This document shows positions 9,854 to 19,233 of a stretch of DNA of 64,000 nt, one piece after another; position 1 is the first letter of the stretch, and each line of letters begins with the position of its first letter. Source of the DNA: Anaerolineales bacterium (GTDB lineage: Bacteria > Chloroflexota > Anaerolineae > Anaerolineales > Villigracilaceae); the NCBI GenBank assembly GCA_020851785.1, contig JADZCC010000065.1, forward strand, positions 6,495 to 70,494. The letters run 5' to 3'. Made by a program: the position numbers and the translations under genes. The notes under the pieces were generated by a model. The model saw only the letters and a list, made by a program, of their open reading frames with translations, was not told where the DNA came from and searched no databases.

Positions 9854-11152
9854 CTATCTTTTTACTTCCTTCACAATCTCGGCATAGACGTTCAAGGTTT
9901 CGTCAATATCCGCGTCAGAATGTGAGTAGGACAAAAACCACGGCTCGCGCGCGTCGTGATCGGGCATAATTCCCCGGGCAATGGCCTTTTCAACTAGGTC
10001 AATATATAGGGCATGGTCGCTCTTCGCCCATTCACGCTGATTCGTCACCTTCTCAATATTCAGCGAAAATGAGAACATAGCCGGATAGCCGGTGAACACT
10101 GCCGGAATATCATTTTCTTCAAAGATTTCCTTCAAGCCGTCCATCAGGCGCAGTCCGCGTTTTTCAATCGTTTTAAGAATTGGTTGCGTTTTGAGCAAAT
10201 TCAAGGTGGCGTACGCGCCTGCAATGCCTGGCTTGTTATTGGTGTACGTTCCACCCACCGCCACGCCTTGCCCAATGATGGACATGATTTCGCGCTTGCC
10301 GCCGAAGGCCGCCACAGGGTAGCCATTGCCGAGGGCTTTGGCGTAGGTGATCAGGTCCGGGGTGATGCGATAGTATTCCTGCGCGCCGCCGTTAGCGATG
10401 CGGAAGCCCGTCTTCACTTCATCCAGAATAAAGACACAGCCATATTCCTCAGTCTTTTTGCGGATGAGTTGTAGGAAGCCGTCCTGCGGATTAATCGCCG
10501 CGCAATTGCCCTGACATGGTTCGGTGATCACTGCGGCAATTTGCTCCCCGTAAGATTTCATCACGCGTTCAAAACCTTCTGCGTCGTTGAACGGCAGGGT
10601 GATGATGAAATCGCGCATCATTTTGGGGATTCCCGAAGACCCCGGCACAGCAATGGGACTGCGCGCATTGCCGTACGCCTCGACGGGCGCATAGGTGGAC
10701 CACAGCGTATGGTCGTGCATGCCGTGATAGTTGCCTTCAAATTTTAAAATCAAATCGCGCCCGGTATAAGCGCGCGCGACTCGGATGGCGTGCATGGTGG
10801 CCTCTGTTCCCGAACAGGCCATCCGCGCCATTTCAATGGCCGGAGATAACTCAACGATCAATTCCGCAACCGCCACTTCCAGTTCACTGGTCATGGCAAA
10901 CAAGACCCCATTTTGAATTTCCGCGATCACTTTTGAATCGACGGCCTCGTAGGCGTGACCTAAAATGATCGGACCAAAGGCCATGCGATAATCAATGTAT
11001 TTCTTTCCATCCACATCCCAAAGGTGGGCGCCTTTGGCTTTTTGAACATACGGCGTAATTTGCTCCCCCCAATATCGAAAATTAGAATTGACACCCAGCG
11101 GCAACACCCGTTCTGCGCGGCGCTGTAATGCCTGAGTTTTGGAACCAAACAT
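9854..11152 (-). CDS. class-III PLP aminotransferase, glutamate-1-semialdehyde aminomutase-like subgroup
   Basis: 432 aa. MACSGTEATMHAIRVARAYTGR, ITEPCQGN, LDEVKTGFR, YAKALGNGYPVAAFGG. Confidence 0.65.
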   Translation of the reverse strand: MFGSKTQALQRRAERVLPLGVNSNFRYWGEQITPYVQKAKGAHLWDVDGKKYIDYRMAFGPIILGHAYEAVDSKVIAEIQNGVLFAMTSELEVAVAELIVELSPAIEMARMACSGTEATMHAIRVARAYTGRDLILKFEGNYHGMHDHTLWSTYAPVEAYGNARSPIAVPGSSGIPKMMRDFIITLPFNDAEGFERVMKSYGEQIAAVITEPCQGNCAAINPQDGFLQLIRKKTEEYGCVFILDEVKTGFRIANGGAQEYYRITPDLITYAKALGNGYPVAAFGGKREIMSIIGQGVAVGGTYTNNKPGIAGAYATLNLLKTQPILKTIEKRGLRLMDGLKEIFEENDIPAVFTGYPAMFSFSLNIEKVTNQREWAKSDHALYIDLVEKAIARGIMPDHDAREPWFLSYSHSDADIDETLNVYAEIVKEVKR

Positions 11153-11172
11153 ACACTCTCCTTGAATAAATT

Positions 11173-11679
11173 TTATTTAGGCGCTGTGATTGATTCTTTC
11201 TCGGACAATTCATTGGCAATTCGTTCCGGCACTCTCCACTGGTAAACATCTTTCAGAATGATCGGCACAATCGAGGTCGTGGTCTTGCGAACGCCGGGAA
11301 CTTTACGCACCACTTCGGTAACGAAGTGATAAATTTCGGAAGTATCTTTGGCGACCACCTGAATGCTGATATCGTTCTGTCCAATGCCGCAGGCTACGTA
11401 CGTCACATTTTCGAAAGAGGCCATTTTCTTGGCGACCTCTAAAACCGCATCCGCTTCCACTTCCAGCCAGACGTCGGCTTTGATGTTGAAGCCTAACGCG
11501 GCCGGGTTGACCACCGCGCTGATCTGAATCACGCCTTCTTCCAGCATCCGATCCACGCGATAGCGAATGGCCCGCTCGGAAATCTCGCTCATCCGACGCG
11601 CCATCTCAGAGGCCGACATGCGGCCATCCTCAAGAAGAAAATTGATGATTTTTATATCGGTTCTGTCGAATTCATACAT
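11173..11679 (-). CDS. Lrp/AsnC family transcriptional regulator
   Basis: 168 aa. HTH (DIKIINFLLEDGRMSASEMARRMSEISERAIRYRVDRM) plus a RAM domain. It is the first gene of the minus-strand operon. Confidence 0.85.
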   Translation of the reverse strand: MYEFDRTDIKIINFLLEDGRMSASEMARRMSEISERAIRYRVDRMLEEGVIQISAVVNPAALGFNIKADVWLEVEADAVLEVAKKMASFENVTYVACGIGQNDISIQVVAKDTSEIYHFVTEVVRKVPGVRKTTTSIVPIILKDVYQWRVPERIANELSEKESITAPK

Positions 11680-11821
11680 GCTTTTCTCTTTGTTCTTCCG
11701 AAAAGGACACGCGCAATATACCTTAGAGGCTTTTCTCCGTCAAGGGCAAGATGAGGAATCGCCGGGGAAAGCCTAAAATCATTGTAAAATAAGCCCATCT
11801 CTTCTTACAGGTTCGGTCTTT

Positions 11822-13381
11822 ATGCAAAAAATCCGGCAGTCGAAAATCAAAGGGGCGGAAATTATCACAGCCAAACGCGTCCAAATTGAACTGGAGGCGA
11901 AGTCAATTCGCTACTATCGTCACGGCTGGCAATCCTGGTCGTTGGCAACCTGGAGCGACTTAACTCCCCTACCCCGTCAAAAGCCCGAAATTTTCTACCC
12001 GCTTCAGTTAGACGTTGAATACGCTTATGAAAAAAATCTGCATGGCTCATGGCTGGGCGCGGTGGAGTTTGAGGATGGCCAAATTCTTTTGCTCGGCGCG
12101 TTAGCCACAGACGCGCATGTCTTTCAGGCGCACGATCAACTCAACGGTCAAAGCGAAGCGGAGGCGCTGGAGTGGTTCGTCATGTTGGGGGATGAAGATC
12201 AGGTTTTCAGCGAGTACGTCAGGCAACTCAAGAGTCGCTTTGGTCACGTGGAAAAAAATCACGCGCCGCGCGTCTGGTGTTCATGGTACAGCTTATACAC
12301 CATGATTGATGAAGAAATTTTATTCAAGACTTTTGACGCGCTGGGCGATTTACCATTTGAGGTTTTACAAGTGGATGATGGCTGGCAAAAAAAGATTGGC
12401 GACTGGGAAGCGAATCAAAAATTTCCGGCGGGCATGTCCGCTCTGGCCGCCAAAATCAAATCAACGGGGCGCACGGCCGGTTTATGGCTGGCGCCCTTAA
12501 TCGCGACGAAATCATCACAACTCTTTCGCAATCATAAAGATTGGTTTTTGAAGGATGAACAGGGGCGCTTCGTTTCGGCGGGATTCAATTGGGGCGAACA
12601 ACTTTTTGCGCTGGACACCACGCATCCAGACGTACGCTCGTGGCTGGTAGCCCTCATCCAGCAGGTGCGCCGCTGGGGCTTTGACTACTTCAAGCTCGAC
12701 TTCTTATACGCAGGCGCTTTGAAGGGCAAGCGTCACAAGGATATGCCGCGCGAAAGCGCCTACCGTGAATGCCTAAAATTGCTTTACGAAGCCATGGGCG
12801 AAGACGCCTTCTTCCTGACTTGCGGCACGCCCATCCTACCGGCTTTGGGCGTTTGCGACGCCATTCGCATTGGCCCCGACGTTTCACACGAATGGGAAAA
12901 TTATCGCAACGAAACCCTGCTCTATAACCCCACTACGCCGGGCACAAGAAACGCCGTGCGAACCGTAGTCCATAGATTATGGCTCAAAGATTTGGCGCAC
13001 ATTGATCCAGACGTTGAGTATTTCGAATCAAAAGAAAATTCACTGGAAGAGAGCCACAAACTCCAACTGCAAGACCTGGCTTTGATTTGTAACTTCAAAG
13101 CCACTTCAGACCTGCCGCAATGGATGACGTCGGACGAGAGAGAACAGGTGCGAAATTTTCTATTAGCAGAACCAACCGTCAGGCGGCTGGATCGGTATCT
13201 TTATCAGGTTGACGACCGCATCGTGGATTTTTCGTCGGCCGTTGCATTGCCCGAAGAGCCAAAAGGAATCGCCAAACTATGGGGCGCTTTCCTCGGCTGG
13301 CTGGGAGATTTTCCATCCGTTTTACGGGTTTTCAAATGGCTGGACGATGGCAAACTAAGAAAGCGCAGGGCGAAGCTATAA
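11822..13381 (+). CDS. alpha-galactosidase-like glycoside hydrolase (GH36/melibiase family)
   Basis: 519 aa. CSWYSLY...FEVLQVDDGWQKKIGDWEAN.KFPAGM...GLWLAP...FDYFKLDFLY pattern. Confidence 0.65.
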   Translation: MQKIRQSKIKGAEIITAKRVQIELEAKSIRYYRHGWQSWSLATWSDLTPLPRQKPEIFYPLQLDVEYAYEKNLHGSWLGAVEFEDGQILLLGALATDAHVFQAHDQLNGQSEAEALEWFVMLGDEDQVFSEYVRQLKSRFGHVEKNHAPRVWCSWYSLYTMIDEEILFKTFDALGDLPFEVLQVDDGWQKKIGDWEANQKFPAGMSALAAKIKSTGRTAGLWLAPLIATKSSQLFRNHKDWFLKDEQGRFVSAGFNWGEQLFALDTTHPDVRSWLVALIQQVRRWGFDYFKLDFLYAGALKGKRHKDMPRESAYRECLKLLYEAMGEDAFFLTCGTPILPALGVCDAIRIGPDVSHEWENYRNETLLYNPTTPGTRNAVRTVVHRLWLKDLAHIDPDVEYFESKENSLEESHKLQLQDLALICNFKATSDLPQWMTSDEREQVRNFLLAEPTVRRLDRYLYQVDDRIVDFSSAVALPEEPKGIAKLWGAFLGWLGDFPSVLRVFKWLDDGKLRKRRAKL

Positions 13382-13412
13382 GCGTTTCGTCCACCAAATA
13401 CGCGAGACAGGG

Positions 13413-14372
13413 TTATCTTGAATAACGCCCCGAAGCCGCTTTGAAAATGCGATTAAAGAAGCCTCGATAGCCATCCTGATCGTAGAGGATCATATAATCC
13501 GCCGGGCCGTATTCTTCAGGCTTAAACATGATGCCCCCATTGGGATTAATTTCGAGGATATACAACTCACCCTTGTCGTTCATGCGGATATCACACCGCC
13601 CATAGCCCAAAACGCCCATCGCCAGAAACATTTGCTTCGCGGTCTGATGCAGACGCGCTACAAGCGCCGGGTCGGTGACTTGTTTGAAATCAAAAGGCAC
13701 ATCGTAATTCCATTTCACATCCACATGCCAAAACTCCTCATTGGGCGGAAAGACCAGTTCGGCGGGCGGATAGGCAAAGGGTTGTTGCGCGTCGTCTGCA
13801 TTTTCCACCACCAGCACATTGTATTCCTTGCCGACAATAAATTCTTCCATCCGCGCGGCTCCAAATTCAGCGCAGATTCTTTTTACTTGCGCGAGGACCT
13901 GATCCAACGTATCGGCGCGGGATTCTTTCGTCATGCCCGTACTGCCGTAACTTTTTGGGTGCTTGACCATGATTGGGTAGCGCAGGTTCTGCACGAGTTC
14001 GCGGGCTTCTTCCACGCTTTTGACATGGTAGCCTTTGGCAAAGCCAACGCCGTGCGCTTCGGCGGCGGCTTGCATTTCCTCACGGGTTGGGTCAAAGCAA
14101 TTACTGCCTGCGCCAGTAAACGGCAATTTTAGTTTTTCCAAAGCCTGCACAACTTCAATGGCCTGATAGCCAATGTCGTCATCTTCGTCGTCTTCAAACT
14201 CATAGCCTTCGCAGATGTTTAGGTAAACGTCATAACGTCCGCTTTCAGCCAGCGCGCGAATCTTCTCCTCCACCGGCGCGGACATGGTAATCAGTTCCCA
14301 TTCAAAATCTTTTAAGTAAGGAGAGGGGTCGAAGCGATCTATGGTTTCATCGGAAAGGACGCACACGCGCAT
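13413..14372 (-). CDS. ATP-grasp domain protein (D-Ala-D-Ala-ligase-like fold)
   Basis: Core is IMVKHPKSYGSTG...EEFIVGKEYNVLVV...GYGRCDIRMNDKGELYILEINPNGG. I place the start at ATG 14372 (MRVCVLSD), preceded by AGGAG. The track ORF extends to 14432. Confidence 0.7.
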   Translation of the reverse strand: MRVCVLSDETIDRFDPSPYLKDFEWELITMSAPVEEKIRALAESGRYDVYLNICEGYEFEDDEDDDIGYQAIEVVQALEKLKLPFTGAGSNCFDPTREEMQAAAEAHGVGFAKGYHVKSVEEARELVQNLRYPIMVKHPKSYGSTGMTKESRADTLDQVLAQVKRICAEFGAARMEEFIVGKEYNVLVVENADDAQQPFAYPPAELVFPPNEEFWHVDVKWNYDVPFDFKQVTDPALVARLHQTAKQMFLAMGVLGYGRCDIRMNDKGELYILEINPNGGIMFKPEEYGPADYMILYDQDGYRGFFNRIFKAASGRYSR

Positions 14373-14448
14373 GAATGAACTCCTGAGTTTGATGAAGGTA
14401 TTATTCCATAAAACCGCGCGTTGACAAGACACAAGAACTTAAAATATT

Positions 14449-14477
14449 CAAAAAGAGCCGCCCAAGTGGGCGGCTCT
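14449..14477 (-). terminator. rho-independent terminator ending the GlcNAc operon
   Basis: AGAGCCGCCC-aagt-GGGCGGCTCT, followed on the minus strand by TTTTT. Confidence 0.8.
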
Positions 14478-14480
14478 GCT

Positions 14481-15518
14481 TTATTTGGTTTCAGTCACCT
14501 TGCGGATGCTCCGCGGCTGTTCGGTGTTATAACCCTTGGCGACGGTTAGGTGATGCGCGAAGAGTTGCGCAGGCAGGATATTTACCAGCGGGGTTAACCA
14601 TTCTGGCACATCGTTGGGAATGGCGATTGGGACTTGAGCCAAAGCCAGGGCGCGCTTGTCATTTGAAATCACGACCAATTCCGCCTGAATATCGGAACGT
14701 AACCGCTGAAGCATGTCCAGCATCGAATTAAAGACCTTCCCCTTTGGCGCCACCGCGAAGACGGGATAACCCGGTTCGACCATGGCGATTGGCCCGTGGG
14801 CAAAATCTGCCGAGGAGTATGGTTCGGCGATGATGTAGGTTAGTTCCTTTAGCTTGAGGGCCCACTCAAAGGCAGTCGAATAGTTGTAGCCGCGGCCCAA
14901 GACAACGGTTTGATCAATGTAGCGGTAGCGCTGAACCGCCTCTTTGATCAGCGCGTCCTGCTTTAGGACTTGTTTCATCCAGGCGGAGACTTTGCTCAAC
15001 TCCGCCCAACTTTTTGAGTTGCCGCTCAAAGCGGCAGAGAGCATGGCTACGGCCATCAATTCGGTGGTGTAAGTTTTCGTGGCCGCCACGGCCTTTTCTG
15101 CTCCAGCCTGGATATCAATCACGAAATCCGAAGCCTGCGCGAGCGGGGATTCTGAAGCGTTGGTGATCGAGAGCGTCACACAGCCCTGACGTTTCCCCTC
15201 CTCCAGCACGCTGACAATATCCGGCGATTTGCCCGATTGTGAAATGCCAACGACGAGCGCGTTTTTTAGGACAGGCGGTTTTTTATAATAAGTAAACAAA
15301 GACGGCGTGGCTAAAGCCAGCGGCAGTCCATTGGCCGCGCCCAGCAGATAATTGGCGTAACGCCCGGCGTTGTCTGAAGTGCCGCGCGCCGCGAGGAACA
15401 CGTAGTGAATATCATGCGCGCGAAGTTTTGCGGCAAGCTGTTCGATCTGCTTTCTTTGCGAACCAAGCAGGTCTTTAATCCGTTCGGGTTGTTCAAAAAT
15501 TTCGGAAAGCAGGGTCAT
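14481..15518 (-). CDS. SIS-domain sugar-phosphate isomerase/deaminase (GlmS isomerase-domain-like, AgaS/GlmD type)
   Basis: Two SIS repeats (FLAARGTSDNAG...GISQSGKSPD). Start chosen at ATG 15518 (MTLLSEIF), 1 nt after the upstream stop. The track start 15536 is a TTG. Confidence 0.75.
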   Translation of the reverse strand: MTLLSEIFEQPERIKDLLGSQRKQIEQLAAKLRAHDIHYVFLAARGTSDNAGRYANYLLGAANGLPLALATPSLFTYYKKPPVLKNALVVGISQSGKSPDIVSVLEEGKRQGCVTLSITNASESPLAQASDFVIDIQAGAEKAVAATKTYTTELMAVAMLSAALSGNSKSWAELSKVSAWMKQVLKQDALIKEAVQRYRYIDQTVVLGRGYNYSTAFEWALKLKELTYIIAEPYSSADFAHGPIAMVEPGYPVFAVAPKGKVFNSMLDMLQRLRSDIQAELVVISNDKRALALAQVPIAIPNDVPEWLTPLVNILPAQLFAHHLTVAKGYNTEQPRSIRKVTETK

Positions 15519-15519
15519 A

Positions 15520-17109
15520 TTAGAATTTAGCCTCAACCATTCCGGGGATGGACGCAGGCAATTGCCCGGTCATTGGGCTGTGCCCAAAAAGGGCTTTGGC
15601 GACTGCGCGCATGGATGGTTCTAAAATGCTGTAGGTGCAAACATAGGTCTGGGTTTGAGGAACAGCCGCGAGGTCGTATGGGAGGCGCATGGCCACCACG
15701 ACCGTGGGGAGGTTCAATTTCAGACTCTGGTTAATCAAATCCGCCTGTTTTCGTTCCGCATAGGCGTTGATTGTGCCGAAGATCAGCAAATCATATTTGA
15801 CCAATTGTAAAAGCAGGCTGGCAATTTCATTTTCGTCCGGCGCAAAGGGAATGATGAATTCATCCACGTTGGGATGGTATTGACGAATGGATTCGGCTAA
15901 CTTGGGCGTAATGTAGGATGAAGTGTCGGCGGGCGTCAAATCCAACGGCTTGGGAACCACGACGGCGATCTTTTGATGGCGCTCAAGGTTTAGCGGCAAA
16001 AGCCCGGCTTGGTCGCGGACCAAAGTGATTGAGCGCTCCGCGATTTGGTTGGCAACTTGCAGATGAGCGGCGCTTTGAATCACGCTTAAATCCGGCGCGC
16101 TGGAGAAACCCGCCAGCCAGGTTTTCAAACGCGCAATGCGTTCCACGGATTTCTGTAATTCGTTTGCTAAAAGTTTTCCATTTTGCGCGCCTTGAAGCAA
16201 GGCTTCGTAGACTCGTTTTTGATCTTCAGGGTCGCTGGTGACTAGCAGTAAATCCGCGCCGGATTGCGCGGAACGCAGGGCGTCTTCACGCAGTAACTCG
16301 CCCTGACGAATCGCGCGCATGTCCAGCGCGTCTGTAATCACCACGCCTTCATACTTCAACTCGTGGCGCAATAGGTCGGTCAAAATTTTTCGGGATAACG
16401 TAGCAGGCGGGGCGTCTGGCCCATCAATGGAGGTCACGCCTAAATGCGCGGTCATCATCATTTTTGCGTCGGCTTGAATGGCGGCGGTAAACGGAACCAA
16501 TTCCACCGCGTGGAAGCGCTCCAAAGAATGCGCGACCGTTCCAAAGCCATGGTGCGAATCGCTGGCGGTATCGCCATGCCCGGGGAAGTGCTTCACCGTG
16601 GCGGCCACACCCTGAGATTGAATCCCCTCAATCATGGCGGCGGTTAATTCGGCGACCAAATTTTGGTTTTCGCCAAACGAACGCACGCCCACCACCGGGT
16701 TTTGCGGGTTGATGTTCACGTCGGCGCAGGGCGCGTAATTGACGTTCACGCCCAAGGCTCGCATTTCGAGGCCCAACACTTCGCCCGCTGAACGCGCCAA
16801 CTCTTTTGAGCGCGTGGCGCCCAGGGCCATGTTGCCGGGCAAGGGCGTGCCATCGCCAATCGCCATTAATTGCCCGCCTTCTTGATCGGCGGCGATTAAC
16901 AACTCTGGTAGATTCAAGTCTTTGGCCAGCGACTGCAGAGCCGCGTTCAACGCTCGAACCTGATACAACGACCCGATATTTAAGCTCCGAAAGAGCGTGA
17001 TGCCGCCTGGTTGGTACTTTTGAAACGCCTGTTTAATTTCGGGCGATAGTTCCTCTTTGCCGTGAAAGGCAAATAATAATTTCTGACCGATCTGCTGTTC
17101 GAGGTTCAC
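15520..17109 (-). CDS. GH3 beta-N-acetylhexosaminidase / beta-glucosidase-like hydrolase
   Basis: 529 aa. KHFPGHGDTASDSH and VITDALDM motifs of GH3 NagZ-type enzymes, plus a C-terminal alpha/beta domain. Confidence 0.75.
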   Translation of the reverse strand: MNLEQQIGQKLLFAFHGKEELSPEIKQAFQKYQPGGITLFRSLNIGSLYQVRALNAALQSLAKDLNLPELLIAADQEGGQLMAIGDGTPLPGNMALGATRSKELARSAGEVLGLEMRALGVNVNYAPCADVNINPQNPVVGVRSFGENQNLVAELTAAMIEGIQSQGVAATVKHFPGHGDTASDSHHGFGTVAHSLERFHAVELVPFTAAIQADAKMMMTAHLGVTSIDGPDAPPATLSRKILTDLLRHELKYEGVVITDALDMRAIRQGELLREDALRSAQSGADLLLVTSDPEDQKRVYEALLQGAQNGKLLANELQKSVERIARLKTWLAGFSSAPDLSVIQSAAHLQVANQIAERSITLVRDQAGLLPLNLERHQKIAVVVPKPLDLTPADTSSYITPKLAESIRQYHPNVDEFIIPFAPDENEIASLLLQLVKYDLLIFGTINAYAERKQADLINQSLKLNLPTVVVAMRLPYDLAAVPQTQTYVCTYSILEPSMRAVAKALFGHSPMTGQLPASIPGMVEAKF

Positions 17110-17110
17110 G

Positions 17111-17953
17111 TTAACCTTTCAATCCGGAAATGACGACGCTTTCAAGGATATAACGCTGAGCCACGAAGAACACCGCGATCAACGGAACAGTAGTCAGCAC
17201 AGCGGCGGTCATAATCGTCGGCCAGGGCTGGGTGGTTTGATTGATGTTGTATAACGTGGAAACATACACTGGCAGGGTGTACAAATCAATCGTCTGCAAA
17301 TACATCAAGGGAGTTAGCAAACTGTTCCATAAACCGACAAACAGGAATGTGGCAATCGTCGCCAGCGGAGCTTTGAGGAGCGGCAGGATAATCTCCCACC
17401 ACACTTGCAGGTGCGTCGCCCCATCCACAAACGCGGATTCGTCCAATTCCTTTGGAATTTGAGCCATGGACTGGCGCAGTAAAAAGATCATCGCCGCGCC
17501 GCCTGCAAAATAGCCAGGAATCACAATCGGGTTGAACGTTCCGATCCAGTTCAATTTGTTGAAGAACACATATTGCGGGACGATCAGCGCCTGCGCCGGA
17601 ATCATCATCGTCGAAAGCATTAGGAAGAAGAAGAAGTTCCGACCGGGCCATTCAATACGACTGAAGGCATACGAAACCGCCGCGATGGAGATGAGCGTGC
17701 CAAACATAGACAAGGTGACGTAAAAGACCGAGTTGAAATACGAGCGTAAAAAGTTCGTATTATGAAAGATGTCCAAGTAAGCCTGCAAGGTTGGCTGGTC
17801 GGGAATCCAGACGATCCCGGCGGAATTGGTCTCGCTCAAGGTCTTCAACGAGGAGGAAATCATCCAAAACAACGGGAAACTCATCAGCACTGTTGCGCCG
17901 GTGAGCAGAATATACAAGACCGAACTTTTAATTAAGTAGAAGTATTGTTTCAT
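17111..17953 (-). CDS. carbohydrate ABC transporter permease (CUT1 family)
   Basis: 280 aa, 6 TM. EAA loop (DESAFVDGATHLQVWWEIILP). Confidence 0.8.
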   Translation of the reverse strand: MKQYFYLIKSSVLYILLTGATVLMSFPLFWMISSSLKTLSETNSAGIVWIPDQPTLQAYLDIFHNTNFLRSYFNSVFYVTLSMFGTLISIAAVSYAFSRIEWPGRNFFFFLMLSTMMIPAQALIVPQYVFFNKLNWIGTFNPIVIPGYFAGGAAMIFLLRQSMAQIPKELDESAFVDGATHLQVWWEIILPLLKAPLATIATFLFVGLWNSLLTPLMYLQTIDLYTLPVYVSTLYNINQTTQPWPTIMTAAVLTTVPLIAVFFVAQRYILESVVISGLKG

Positions 17954-17965
17954 GCGCCCAGGTCC

Positions 17966-19120
17966 TTAATACACGTCGTATGTCACCCAGCGATCCTGCA
18001 GTTTGAACTGGATCACCGTCACGATCATAATAATCACTAACACCAGCCACGAGATCGCCGAGCCGTAGCCAATTTCAAAATGGCTGAAGGTTTTTTGCCA
18101 GAGATAGTACACCATCGAAATCGTCGAGGAAACAATCGGCTGATTGTCCCGATACAAAACGAAGATGGGCTCAAATATCTGAAGGGAGGCAATCAATCCA
18201 ACCACGAGGTTATAAAACAGATACGGCGTGAGGAGTGGAAATGAAATTTTCCAGAAGCGTTGCCAGCCCGTCGCACCGTCCACTTCGGCTGATTCGTGCA
18301 ATTCCTTGGGGATGCTGTTCAGCCCGGCCAAAAAGATTAACATCATCGTCCCGCACCCCCACACCATCAACATCACCACGGACATTTTCGTCCATAAAGG
18401 GCTTTGCACCCACAAAGGCACGCGGACTTCCGTCGGAAAACCGGCTTCGATCACTTTGGTCAATAAATTATATTTTCCGGTGTTCAAGCCGAGGAAAACC
18501 GCCGCGACCACTTCCTGAGCAAAAATAAAAGCGCGATTGAGATAACCAAACGGCGGGAAGGCCGCAGACAATGCGCGAATAATCTGATTAATGATGCCGG
18601 TGCCGGTATTCAACATCAAACGCCAGCATAACAAGACGGCGGTGTTGAAACCTAAAATAACCGGTAAATAAAATGCCATACGAAAGAGCTTCTCACCCCA
18701 CATTTTTTGATTGAGCAAAACCGCCAAAAACAAGGCCACGCCAATTTGGAGCGGCAGACCGATTACGGTCAAATACAAAGTGTTGATTAACGAAGCGCGA
18801 AACGATGTGTCTTTGAGTATCAGCGTGGTGTAATTCTCCAAGCCCACCCAATTGACCGGCGCGGAAGAAGCGATGCGATAGTCTGTAAAACTCCAATAGA
18901 GCGAAAAGCCCAGCGGGATCAGCACAAAAATCAAAAAGCCAACAATCCACGGCGCGGCGAAGAAATAACCGGCAAACGTATTTTCTTGAACTTTCGGGGT
19001 TCCGCCTCTAAGTTTAATAATCAACCGAGCCAGCGCCCCCAAGCCGTAGCTACTCGCAATGATAAAAATCACAGTGAGCGCCGCAATCACTAAGACATTC
19101 AAATATGGATTTGTTGGCAT
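17966..19120 (-). CDS. carbohydrate ABC transporter permease (CUT1 family, long N-terminal extension)
   Basis: 384 aa. EAA loop (HESAEVDGATGWQRFWKISFP). Confidence 0.8.
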   Translation of the reverse strand: MPTNPYLNVLVIAALTVIFIIASSYGLGALARLIIKLRGGTPKVQENTFAGYFFAAPWIVGFLIFVLIPLGFSLYWSFTDYRIASSAPVNWVGLENYTTLILKDTSFRASLINTLYLTVIGLPLQIGVALFLAVLLNQKMWGEKLFRMAFYLPVILGFNTAVLLCWRLMLNTGTGIINQIIRALSAAFPPFGYLNRAFIFAQEVVAAVFLGLNTGKYNLLTKVIEAGFPTEVRVPLWVQSPLWTKMSVVMLMVWGCGTMMLIFLAGLNSIPKELHESAEVDGATGWQRFWKISFPLLTPYLFYNLVVGLIASLQIFEPIFVLYRDNQPIVSSTISMVYYLWQKTFSHFEIGYGSAISWLVLVIIMIVTVIQFKLQDRWVTYDVY

Positions 19121-19138
19121 AGTTCCATCCTATTTAGG

Positions 19139-19195
19139 ATTGTAGGAACACAGCGATTTAGTCCTTTAAGGAGCAATCAACCGTGTTCCTACAAT
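19139..19195 (-). other. intercistronic stem-loop between the binding-protein and permease genes
   Basis: 13-bp perfect inverted repeat: ATTGTAGGAACAC (19139-19151) and GTGTTCCTACAAT (19183-19195). Confidence 0.6.
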
Positions 19196-19233
19196 TTTAC
19201 TCAAAATCTACGAACTCAAACAGTCAGGCTTTT

